Assembly: GCA_022646745.1 (NCBI GenBank) | Contig: CP060262.1 | Location: forward strand, 2,370,001-2,402,000 | Reading direction: 5' to 3' | Length of the DNA: 32,000 nucleotides | Origin: Planctomycetales bacterium | GTDB taxonomy: Bacteria > 4484-113 > JAFGCY01 | In this document: positions 1-8,322 of the stretch, piece after piece | How the letters are laid out: each line of letters opens with the position of its first letter | Position numbering within the stretch: position 1 is the first letter of the stretch | Program-made: the position numbers and the translations under genes | The notes under the pieces: model-generated | Told to the model about the DNA's origin: nothing | Databases searched by the model: none | The model's input: only the letters and a program-made list of their open reading frames with translations

Positions 1-1005
1 CTGCCCAACATCATGTACCTCACCGGCTTCACCGGCTCCACGGCGATGATCCTCGTCACGCCGACCAAGCGCTGGTTCATCACGGACTTCCGCTACCACA
101 CCCAGGTCGCGCAGCAGGTGGACCCCAGCTTTGAGCTGGTGGACAACACAGCCAAGAACCTTATCAAGGTCGTGCTGCCCTCCATCCCGGGGGCGGATGG
201 CCTGAAGCGCATCGGCTTTGAGTCAACCAACGTGTCTTATGACATGTGGAAGATGCTCAGTGCTGATGAAAACCACGAGTGGGTGCCGACCAAGGCAATG
301 GTTGAGTACCTGCGCGAGGTCAAGAGCGAGGCAGAGATCGAGCTTTTGCGCAATGCGGTGCTGCTAAACGAAGTGGTCTGGCAGGAAGTGCTCGGCACCC
401 TCAACGAGAACACCACCGAGGCTGACCTCGTGGCCGAGATCGAGTACCGTGCCCGCAAGCGCGGTGCTACGAAAACCAGCTTCGACCCGATCGTGGCTTC
501 AGGCGCAAATTCCAGCAAGCCGCATGCACGCTTCACGCAGGATCGCATCGTGCCCGGCACGCCGCTGACCTTCGATATGGGCATGCTGCTCAATGGCTAC
601 TGCTCGGACATGACCCGTACGGTGTTCTTCCGTGACTGCCCGCCACTGTGGGAAAAGATCTACGGCATCGTGAAGCTGGCCAAGGACAGCGCAAATGCGG
701 CCGTGAAACCGGGCAAGCTCGGCAAGGAGATCGACGCGGTGGCCCGCCAGGTGATCATCGATGCCGGCTACGGCGACAAGTTCGGCCATGGCCTCGGGCA
801 TGGAGTCGGACTGGAGGTGCACGAGGGCCCGCGCCTGGCGCAGGTGGCCGAGATGCAGCTCAGGGTCGGTAACATCCTCACCAACGAACCGGGCATCTAC
901 CTGCCCGGCGAGGGTGGGATCCGCATTGAAGATATGTTTGTCGTAAGGGCCGACGGCCCCGAAAATCTCAATACGCTCAGTACGGACCTGCAGGTGGTCG
1001 GCTAG
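1..1005 (+). CDS. Xaa-Pro aminopeptidase / M24B metallopeptidase, 5' end outside the window
   Basis: ORF track 13..1005, and the frame stays open back to base 1 (LPNI-MYLTGFTGS). Prolidase-type N-domain motif YLTGFTGS. M24 metal-ligand blocks DMTRT, HGLGHGVGLEVHEGP, NEPGIY and IRIEDM. It lies directly upstream of efp, a commonly conserved pair. Confidence 0.85.
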   Translation: MPNIMYLTGFTGSTAMILVTPTKRWFITDFRYHTQVAQQVDPSFELVDNTAKNLIKVVLPSIPGADGLKRIGFESTNVSYDMWKMLSADENHEWVPTKAMVEYLREVKSEAEIELLRNAVLLNEVVWQEVLGTLNENTTEADLVAEIEYRARKRGATKTSFDPIVASGANSSKPHARFTQDRIVPGTPLTFDMGMLLNGYCSDMTRTVFFRDCPPLWEKIYGIVKLAKDSANAAVKPGKLGKEIDAVARQVIIDAGYGDKFGHGLGHGVGLEVHEGPRLAQVAEMQLRVGNILTNEPGIYLPGEGGIRIEDMFVVRADGPENLNTLSTDLQVVG

Positions 1006-1055
1006 GTCGCTACCTTTCAGCAGTACTACATAGGTATAGGAACAAGGAGACAGCA

Positions 1056-1622
1056 GTGTCTATAACACCGAATGATTTCCGCAACGGGATCATCTTCGAG
1101 CAGGATGGAAAGCTCATCCAGGTCGTGGAATTCCAGCACGTCAAGCCCGGCAAGGGGCCGGCCTTCGTGCGCTGCAAGCTGCGCAACCTGATGACAGGCG
1201 CTCTCTACGAGGACAAGATCCGCCCGAACGTGAAGCTGGAGGAGGTCCGCGTTGAGAAGAAGGTCTACGACTACCTCTACTCAGAAGGCGAGGACATGGT
1301 GCTGATGGACAAGGAGACCTATGACCAGGTCCACGTCCCGACCGAGATGCTCGGCAAGCAGGCTGAACTGCTGCTGGAAAACGAGGAACTGACCGTCGCA
1401 ATGCACGGTGAAAACCCTCTTTCAGTGGAAATGCCGCTTACGGTGGTCCGCCAGATCACTTTCTGTGAGCCTGGAGTGAAGGGAGATACCGCCACGAACG
1501 CCACCAAGGCGGCCACCGTGGAGGGTGGGGCGACAGTCCAGGTACCGCTGTTTATCAACGAAGGCGAGCGGATCAGGGTGAACACCGCGGATTTCAAGTA
1601 TGTGGAAAGGGCCAAAGATTAG
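1056..1622 (+). CDS. efp: Translation elongation factor P
   Basis: 188 aa. The N-terminus (DFRNG..FE.DG....V.EFQHVKPGKGPAFVRCKLRNLMTG) is the EF-P signature with the modified-Lys loop PGKG. GTG start at 1056, preceded by AAGGAGA at 1044-1050 with a 5-nt spacer. Confidence 0.95.
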   Translation: MSITPNDFRNGIIFEQDGKLIQVVEFQHVKPGKGPAFVRCKLRNLMTGALYEDKIRPNVKLEEVRVEKKVYDYLYSEGEDMVLMDKETYDQVHVPTEMLGKQAELLLENEELTVAMHGENPLSVEMPLTVVRQITFCEPGVKGDTATNATKAATVEGGATVQVPLFINEGERIRVNTADFKYVERAKD

Positions 1623-1631
1623 TACTAACAC

Positions 1632-1660
1632 TTGAATAGAATCCGTGAATGGTTCATAAT
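1632..1660 (+). promoter_or_regulatory. Candidate sigma70-type promoter for the PKD/Kelch lipoprotein genes
   Basis: TTGAAT (1632-1637), 17-nt spacer, CATAAT (1655-1660), read directly. It lies in the relatively AT-rich gap between efp and the next gene. Not validated. Confidence 0.3.
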
Positions 1661-1667
1661 TACCGGA

Positions 1668-1692
1668 TTAAACCCGCCTCGTGTGGGTTTAA
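1668..1692 (+). terminator. Hairpin downstream of efp; a weak terminator or a 5'-leader structure
   Basis: ttaaaccc (1668-1675) pairs with gggtttaa (1685-1692), an 8-bp stem with a 9-nt loop. It is followed only by a poor U tract (gtgttgatg), so its function is ambiguous. Confidence 0.3.
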
Positions 1693-1768
1693 GTGTTGAT
1701 GATGGGTAAGATAAAGCGTACTACGGTTTGCTTTGGGGCAAATTGCTGACATAGTCAGGAGGCTAAGG

Positions 1769-4765
1769 ATGAATTCTAGTTCAACTAGAATATGGGCAGT
1801 TCTGCTGCTCAGCTTCGTCGCGTTCATCGCAAGTTGCGGTGGAGGCGGCACCACTACACCGAACGTCGGAAGTGCATTCAGCCTGTTCGTGCAGGCCAGC
1901 ACTGACGTCGGCCCGGCACCGCTTGCGGTGACCTTCGATGTGGTGCCTTCAGGGGGTGTGGCTCCCTATACGTACGCCTGGGACTTCGATGATGACGGCG
2001 TGACGGACAGCAATGCCGCAACCGGTCGCTTCACCTTTACCCAGAGTTCAGTGGTCCGTCTGACCGTCACCGACAATGCGAACCAGTCGGTCAGCACCTC
2101 CAAGACCATCACGGTCACCGACGGCGGTCAGGTCATCAACCCGGACACCCTGCGAGTGACCTTCGAGGTCGACAAGACCCTGGGCAATGTCCCCTTCAAC
2201 GTGCAGTTCACGTCCCGCATCGAGGGTGGCAAGGCGCCCTACCAGTATGCCTGGGACTTCAACGGCGACGGCGAGTATGAGGACTTCACTGCGAACCCGC
2301 TTTACACCTACACCGCGATCGGCGAACTGGTCGGAACCGACCTCTACCTCGTCTATCCGGTGCTGCGCGTGATCGACAGCCGCGGCATCGAGTCCACCAA
2401 CCTGGCGGACAACGACAACAACGGCGAACCCGATTTCCGCGTGGCCATCAACGCCCTGCCGCCCAACCAGGGCCTGCAGGTTGCCGCGATCCCCAACCCG
2501 AGCAACGGCCAGGCGCCGCTGCTTGTTGAGTTCACCGGCGTGGTTTCCGGCGGTTCCGGTAACTATGAGTACCGCTGGGAGTTCGGTGACAACAGCACCT
2601 TCCCCGCGCAGGCCGGCAAGTACAGCCAGTCCTCGATCGTGAACCATACCTACGTCGAGGCCGGCGAATACAAGGCCCGCATCCTCGTGCGTGATGCCAG
2701 CACCCAGGAGAGCCGCTACAGTGAGTACGTCTCCGTGGTGGCCAACGTCGAGCAGCCGATGACCATTGAGATCACCGCCGACGAGTCCGCCGGCCAGGTG
2801 CCCTTCGTGGTCAACTTCGAGGCCAAGGCCGCGAACGGTTCAGAACCGATCATCTACAACTGGGACGTATTCAACGATGCCAACGGCGGCGTCGGCACAG
2901 TCGGGATCACCAACCCGCCGAGCCTGGTCGCTGATGCGATCGTGACCCCGCACAGCACGACCCGCAAGAGCCCTGCGTTCCACTTCGCGAACACGGGCGA
3001 CACCCCCGGTGCCACCTTCCACTATGCAGTCCGCTGCGTGGCCGTTGATGCACTGGGCAACACCGCTGCAAGCAACATCATCCGTGTGACGGCGAATCCC
3101 CGCACGGCTGCCAACTACTACTCAGCCGTCCGCCCGCCGGTGGCCGGTACCACCTTCTTTGACGTGCTTGCCGGCAACAGCAAGCCCAAGGTCCAGGCTG
3201 CCTCCGGCGCTCCGTGGAGCCCGCGTGCCAACGCTGCGGTGACCTCGCATAAGAGCGGCCTGAGCTTCATCATGGGTGGTGAGCTGACTGACGAGTTCGG
3301 CAACTACATCCAGAACGTGCTTCCGGGCGACAGCGCCTACATGTTCATGCCGGAGTCCACGCCGATCAGCGCGGCGACCGGATCCTCCAGCTTCGGTAAG
3401 TTCAACCTCGGCGCCGGCTCCGTCGGTAACCCCGGTGAGTATGGTGGAAACACCAACATCGGCACCAACGTGATGCTGCGCCTCAACGACGGCACTCCGC
3501 CGTCATTCCCCGGACAGGGTGACCGTGCGGCCGAGCCGGATGGCCCGGCCCAGTCCAGCGTGCTGCGTGGCCGTGCCTTCGAGATCGTCGGTTCCGCCGC
3601 CGCAGTGTTCGTCCACGAGAACCCCGAGAGCAACCCCGACGGCTCCTACTGGGAGGAAGTGCAGGCTGACCCGATGGGCCATCCGAATGCTGACCACCCG
3701 ATGGGCGGCTTCGGCCTCGGCGTGCCCGGCACCCAGGGTCTCGGAGTTCCGCTGATCTACGTGATGGGTGGCCGCGTGCCCCAGTCCGGCGACCTTGATG
3801 GCGCCCCAGTTGACCTGGTGCAGCGTTATGAGGTGTTCGGCTTCGGTGCCGAGGACCTGCCCTATGACAGCTTCCAGTTCCCGAACGACGGTGACTGGCA
3901 GATGACCTCCAACCAGACTGACATCTGGAGCACCTGGAAGCTCCGTCCGGACCTTGACCAGGTGCCCCGCCAGGGTGCCAACGAGCATCCCCCGGTGATC
4001 ACGGCCCGCCAGCCCGACGGCGCCAGCACCACCGGCCCGCTGCCGACCCTGCCCAAGCCGCTGTACGGCCTGGCAGCCACCTCCTTTGAGACCGGTGCTG
4101 ACGTCGGTGCCCCGTCCTTCCCGGACCAGCCCTTCAGCTACGTCTTCATCTTCGGTGGTGTGGACGAGAACGGCTCCGTCACCAACGAGATGCGCTGGTG
4201 GGATACCGCGCTTGGCCAGGAGGACAACGGTGGCCAGGAGCGTGAGGATGGCGTGTTCAGCCTGCTGGCCAGCATGCCCAGCCCGCGTGCCTATGCGACC
4301 GCGGTGCCGATCCGCAGCGGCCCGGTCTACCAGATCGCCCTTGTCGGCGGTGTTGACCAGAATGGTGTTCCGGTCAACAGCATCGACATCTTTACCTTCG
4401 ACAGTGGCCTGAACCCGAACTCCGGAAGCTGGGAGACCTTTGAGGGAGCATTCCCCGAGGCCCTGGAAGCCTGCGGTGCGGGTTACCGCCCGGCCGGTGG
4501 CCAGGACTTCATCCTTGCCTTCGGCGGTTGGACCGGCGAGGACTACAGTTCCGCCGCCTACAGCCATCGCTACAATGCGAACTCCACGCAGGCCGGCTTC
4601 TCCGTGCGTGAGCCGCTGCCGCTGATGCCGCGTTCACACCTCGGCTCCAGCACCGGTGGTTCGTTCACCCTGTTCGGCGGCGGTTCCTTCAACTCCTACC
4701 AGCTCTTCGGTGGTGTTGATGAGAACGGCGTCGAGAACGTTGTTGAGACCTTCATGCTTCCGTAA
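1769..4765 (+). CDS. Large lipoprotein with four PKD-like modules and a C-terminal Kelch-like beta-propeller
   Basis: ATG at 1769, 6 nt after AGGAGG (1757-1762); this is internal to track ORF 1733..4765. Signal peptide with lipobox: WAVLLLSFVAFIAS-C-GGGG. PKD-type WDF/GDG motifs occur four times (PYTYAWDFDDDG, PYQYAWDFNGDG, NYEYRWEFGDNS, PIIYNWDVFNDANGG). Kelch-like blades are repeated (VFIFGGVDENG, IALVGGVDQNG, ILAFGGWTGED, YQLFGGVDENG). Confidence 0.85.
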   Translation: MNSSSTRIWAVLLLSFVAFIASCGGGGTTTPNVGSAFSLFVQASTDVGPAPLAVTFDVVPSGGVAPYTYAWDFDDDGVTDSNAATGRFTFTQSSVVRLTVTDNANQSVSTSKTITVTDGGQVINPDTLRVTFEVDKTLGNVPFNVQFTSRIEGGKAPYQYAWDFNGDGEYEDFTANPLYTYTAIGELVGTDLYLVYPVLRVIDSRGIESTNLADNDNNGEPDFRVAINALPPNQGLQVAAIPNPSNGQAPLLVEFTGVVSGGSGNYEYRWEFGDNSTFPAQAGKYSQSSIVNHTYVEAGEYKARILVRDASTQESRYSEYVSVVANVEQPMTIEITADESAGQVPFVVNFEAKAANGSEPIIYNWDVFNDANGGVGTVGITNPPSLVADAIVTPHSTTRKSPAFHFANTGDTPGATFHYAVRCVAVDALGNTAASNIIRVTANPRTAANYYSAVRPPVAGTTFFDVLAGNSKPKVQAASGAPWSPRANAAVTSHKSGLSFIMGGELTDEFGNYIQNVLPGDSAYMFMPESTPISAATGSSSFGKFNLGAGSVGNPGEYGGNTNIGTNVMLRLNDGTPPSFPGQGDRAAEPDGPAQSSVLRGRAFEIVGSAAAVFVHENPESNPDGSYWEEVQADPMGHPNADHPMGGFGLGVPGTQGLGVPLIYVMGGRVPQSGDLDGAPVDLVQRYEVFGFGAEDLPYDSFQFPNDGDWQMTSNQTDIWSTWKLRPDLDQVPRQGANEHPPVITARQPDGASTTGPLPTLPKPLYGLAATSFETGADVGAPSFPDQPFSYVFIFGGVDENGSVTNEMRWWDTALGQEDNGGQEREDGVFSLLASMPSPRAYATAVPIRSGPVYQIALVGGVDQNGVPVNSIDIFTFDSGLNPNSGSWETFEGAFPEALEACGAGYRPAGGQDFILAFGGWTGEDYSSAAYSHRYNANSTQAGFSVREPLPLMPRSHLGSSTGGSFTLFGGGSFNSYQLFGGVDENGVENVVETFMLP

Positions 4766-4817
4766 CGGAATTGGATGGGATTTGGTGAGAGATAAGATAC
4801 GACAGGAGGACTTGAGC

Positions 4818-7460
4818 GTGAAACGCTTGATCGCACTGATAGCAATCCTGATACTGGCCCTGCTGGCAAACGCCTGCGGCGGTGGTGGAAATGGATCGGA
4901 AACGATTGCGGATGGCCCGCTCACGTTGAAGTTCCTCTCTGCTCAGCCGAGCACTGGCGCTAGCCCGTTGACGGTGGTGTTCACCACGAACATCTCCGGC
5001 GGAGTCGCACCGTTCTTCTATACGTTCGACTTCAACAACGACTCGGCTCCGGACCGGTATGTCAACAACAGCTTCGACAGGACGGTCAGCGTTCAGAACC
5101 AGTACTTCCTGAACCAGGCTGATGCCGGGGGCTCCACCGCCTATGAGGCGTTCGTGAGGGTCGTGGACAGCGAGGGCACTGAAGTGAGTTCCTCGCTCGT
5201 CAACGTCACCGTGAACGCCACCGGCGATGTCGTGATCGGCGGCATTGATGTGATCTCTGAGATCCAGGACCCCGACGGCAGCTACCGCTACCGCAGCGGC
5301 GAGCCGGTCTTCTTCCGTGCCAATGCCACCGGCAGCACCGCTCTTGAGTATGAGTGGGACTTCGATGGTGACGGCGTGGTCGATTCGACCGTGCAGAACC
5401 CGCAGTACACCTTCTTCTATGATGGAAATGGTGTGAAGGTCTTCGTGGTCAAACTGCGTGTCATCAACGACAAGGGCGAAGCCGCACTTTCCGAGGCCCT
5501 CGTCCCGGTCGAGGAAGCCGATCCCGTGATCGGTCCTGACCCGGTGCCGGACTTCGACATCATCCTCACGACCAACCCGACTGCCAGCAATGGCCGCGTG
5601 GTGCTTGAGTGGGATCCCAGCGGCGCCAAGCTGCCGGCGATCGATACCGAGCCCAAGCTGGACCTCGCTGTCGTCGTTGACCCGAAGAAGCCCGGCGTGG
5701 CCCCCTTCGAGTACTACTGGGATTACCAGAGCGACAACAGCTTCGACAGCAGTGACATCTCTCCCACCGTTCCCTACTACGACCTTGAGAAGAAGATCTT
5801 CGTGAACCCGTATGTCCATGCGGAGACCGAGAAGACCTACACCCTCAAAGTGCAGGTGATTGACGGAACGGGCCGCATCCGCACCCGCACCGTCGACATC
5901 CTTTCCCGCAACGTGGCCCAGATCAACACTGAGCTCAACGTGACCGGCCAGTACGGCATCTCCAGCGCCGGCGGTGCATTCTCCGAGAACCCGCCGCTGC
6001 CCTACGATGTGGTCACCGGCCGTACCGATGTGAACAACGTCACCTGGGACTTCGACGTCAGCGGCAGCACCGGTGACTACGTCTACCAGATTGACATCGA
6101 CAACGACGGCAACGTGGACTTCCCCGCCCTGGCGGACCAGCCCACCGGCTTCGAGCCCGTCAGCGGCGGCAGCTTCAGCTACACCGCAGCCTTCGACGGC
6201 ATCACCTGGCCGGCGGTCGGTTACTTCGGTACCACCATCCGTGTCCGTGCCCTGCAGAACGCTTCCGTGATCGATGAGGTCGTGATCAACGCCCCGGTCA
6301 GCCTGGTGCAGCGCACCAAGCTGAGTGTCGGCGGTGAGTACGCCCTCGTGCCGCGGAGCCACCACCAGATGGTCGGAACCTACACTGAGGCTCCGGGCGG
6401 CGGCAACATCAACTTCCTCGCGGAGCGCCGCCTGCGGATCTTCGGTGGTGAGGACAACAGCAACCCGATTGCAACCTCCGAGACCTTCATGCAGCCCTAT
6501 GCCCAGCCCGACACCGCCGGCAACCTTGAGATCGCTCTCGAGAGCTCTGCCATGAAGGTGCAGCCGCTGGTGCAGCAGGCCACCGGTGGCTTCTCATGGA
6601 TTTCCAGCCCCGAGGAGGGTGACACCCCCTCGATCTGGCACCTGGGAGGCGAGAATGTCGTGGATGGCGTGCTGCGCTTCGCAGAGGCCACCACCTCCAC
6701 CGCATATGACAGCAACACAGGCTGGAGCATCGCCCCGACCAACATCGGTGGCGGCCCGCGCAAGGAAGCGATGGGCGTGATGGTCCCGCAGACCTGGCCG
6801 CGTTACAGCAGCTTCGACGGTGGCCTGCCGCTGAACTTCGTCTACATCGGCGGATTCAGCCCCGGAAGCGTCAACCAGGTGAATGGTTCTCTCTGGAGCC
6901 ACCAGCCCGGCCGTCCGCCGCTGTTCCTGCCTGAGTATGCTGACCTGAGTGCTGACATGCTGACCCCGCGTTACGACGGTGCGGCTGTCTACCTCAATGG
7001 CTTCATCTACGTGATCGGCGGCCGTGGTGCCAGTGGCCAGTCCACCGCCACCATGGAAATCCTGAACCTCGCCACCGGCCTGTGGGTCGCTGGCCCGCCG
7101 CTCAAGGATGCCCGCAGCGGACATGTGGCGCACGTCGTCGGTGGCAAGATCTATGTCATCGGTGGTGCCTACTATCCGTTCGACACCTCTGACAAGACCA
7201 TGGTCAGCACCGCCGAGGTATTTGACCCGAACACCCAGGTCTGGAGCTACACGGTCGCCCTGCCCAACAGCGGCGGCGTGGATGCCCGTACGGAGAATGC
7301 CGCCAGCACCGTGCTGCCCGCCCCGGGTAGCGTGAACAGCGCCGGCGCCCTCAACGCGGCCATCCTCTATCACGGTGGTTCTGACCTGAACGACACCGAC
7401 AAGTCGGATATCTACCAGTTCCAGTACCTGTACACGGTGGATCCGCCGGCAGCTCCGTAA
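4818..7460 (+). CDS. Paralogous large lipoprotein with PKD-like modules and a Kelch-like propeller
   Basis: GTG at 4818, 8 nt after AGGAGG (4804-4809); this is in frame with and internal to track ORF 4656..7460. Lipobox: IAILILALLANA-C-GGGG. PKD-like motifs: PFFYTFDFNNDS, ALEYEWDFDGDG, PFEYYWDYQSDN, DYVYQIDIDNDG. Kelch-like blades: LRIFGGEDNS, FVYIGGFSPGS, GFIYVIGGRGASG, GKIYVIGGAYY, AILYHGGSD. Confidence 0.85.
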   Translation: MKRLIALIAILILALLANACGGGGNGSETIADGPLTLKFLSAQPSTGASPLTVVFTTNISGGVAPFFYTFDFNNDSAPDRYVNNSFDRTVSVQNQYFLNQADAGGSTAYEAFVRVVDSEGTEVSSSLVNVTVNATGDVVIGGIDVISEIQDPDGSYRYRSGEPVFFRANATGSTALEYEWDFDGDGVVDSTVQNPQYTFFYDGNGVKVFVVKLRVINDKGEAALSEALVPVEEADPVIGPDPVPDFDIILTTNPTASNGRVVLEWDPSGAKLPAIDTEPKLDLAVVVDPKKPGVAPFEYYWDYQSDNSFDSSDISPTVPYYDLEKKIFVNPYVHAETEKTYTLKVQVIDGTGRIRTRTVDILSRNVAQINTELNVTGQYGISSAGGAFSENPPLPYDVVTGRTDVNNVTWDFDVSGSTGDYVYQIDIDNDGNVDFPALADQPTGFEPVSGGSFSYTAAFDGITWPAVGYFGTTIRVRALQNASVIDEVVINAPVSLVQRTKLSVGGEYALVPRSHHQMVGTYTEAPGGGNINFLAERRLRIFGGEDNSNPIATSETFMQPYAQPDTAGNLEIALESSAMKVQPLVQQATGGFSWISSPEEGDTPSIWHLGGENVVDGVLRFAEATTSTAYDSNTGWSIAPTNIGGGPRKEAMGVMVPQTWPRYSSFDGGLPLNFVYIGGFSPGSVNQVNGSLWSHQPGRPPLFLPEYADLSADMLTPRYDGAAVYLNGFIYVIGGRGASGQSTATMEILNLATGLWVAGPPLKDARSGHVAHVVGGKIYVIGGAYYPFDTSDKTMVSTAEVFDPNTQVWSYTVALPNSGGVDARTENAASTVLPAPGSVNSAGALNAAILYHGGSDLNDTDKSDIYQFQYLYTVDPPAAP

Positions 7461-7486
7461 ACCCGGAGTTCACTGATCGGACAAAA

Positions 7487-7520
7487 GACCGCCTCCCCAT
7501 CGGGGGGGGCGGTTTTTTTT
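7487..7520. terminator. Rho-independent terminator, probably bidirectional
   Basis: ccgcctcccc (7489-7498) pairs with gggggggcgg (7503-7512), allowing one G-U pair. T8 follows on the plus strand (7513-7520). On the minus strand the same stem is followed by tcttttgt. It sits between the convergent lipoprotein gene and the chaperone operon. Confidence 0.8.
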
Positions 7521-7526
7521 ATCCCT

Positions 7527-7616
7527 GGCCGCAGCCCGCAGGTTTCAGGCATGTATATGCAGCAATGAGCCAGGGGATGCTACGTTGTGAAGGCCTGCGC
7601 CCAGCGCCAACTGGCC
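7527..7616. repeat. Copy 1 of a tandem ~85-90-nt structured repeat (possible ncRNA or REP-like element)
   Basis: Aligns with 7633-7716. Shared blocks are ggccgca, ggtttcaggc, and gggatgcta[c/a]gttgtgaaggcctg[c/a]gcccagcgcc. Internal 4-bp hairpin gcat-gtat-atgc at 7549-7560. Confidence 0.6.
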
Positions 7617-7632
7617 TGGACAGCGAAAACAA

Positions 7633-7716
7633 GGCCGCAGGTTTCAGGCCTTGCATTTGCAACGACAAGGGTAGGGATGCTAAGTTGTGAAGGCCTGAGC
7701 CCAGCGCCCAGCGGCC
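7633..7716. repeat. Copy 2 of the tandem structured repeat; abuts the stop codon of the zinc-ribbon gene
   Basis: Nested complementarity: ggccgc (7633-7638) with gcggcc (7711-7716); tcaggcc (7644-7650) with ggcctga (7692-7698); ttgc-attt-gcaa (7651-7662). Confidence 0.6.
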
Positions 7717-8322
7717 TTACACAGGCGGCAGCATGCTCTCCAGGTTGAGCCAGGCGGCCGGACGGGCATTCAGCTTGTCCAGCGCGCGCAGGTCAGCATA
7801 CACGCGCACGTAGTAGGCGCACTTGAGGTCCAGCTTGAGTTTCAGCTCCCACAGGGCCGGGTCAGCGCTGAAGTGCCGCACGCAGATTTCCATCTGGCGG
7901 GCCCCGCGCACGTACTCACCGCGGCGGGCAGAAGTCAGGGCCTGGTTGTACAGTTCCCGGGCCAGCATCTCACGCTGTCCAAGCTCAGCCAGCTGCTCGG
8001 TGAGCACGGGCTGTTCGGCAGGGCTGACCCGTGACAGCAGTTCACGGGCGCGGCCGATGTCCTGGCAGGCCAGCGCAAGCTTGCACTGCAGGGAGGCCAG
8101 CACCTGGGGGTCGACGTCACTGAGCTGCGAAAGGCGGCTGATGATAGCCTCAGCCTTCTCCAGTTCCCCTTCAGTGATCAGCTCGCGGGCATTTCCGATG
8201 TAGCTGGCCGTGATTGCCGCGATATTGGACCAGGGCGCGAGATCCGCCCCGCAACCGGGACAGGAACCCGCGCCCTCCTTGAGCGTCGTTCTGCATAATG
8301 GACAGGCGTCCAGGACCAGCAC
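7717..8322 (-). CDS. Zinc-ribbon (CxxC-x10-CxxC) protein with a helical, TPR-like C-terminal region, translationally coupled to the Hsp70 gene
   Basis: 201 aa. N-terminus MLVLDA-CPLC-RTTLKEGAGS-CPGC-GADL, followed by helical repeats resembling TPR. The GTG start at 8322 overlaps the upstream TAG stop by 1 nt (minus strand TAGTG). No specific family recognised. Confidence 0.7.
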   Translation of the reverse strand: MLVLDACPLCRTTLKEGAGSCPGCGADLAPWSNIAAITASYIGNARELITEGELEKAEAIISRLSQLSDVDPQVLASLQCKLALACQDIGRARELLSRVSPAEQPVLTEQLAELGQREMLARELYNQALTSARRGEYVRGARQMEICVRHFSADPALWELKLKLDLKCAYYVRVYADLRALDKLNARPAAWLNLESMLPPV

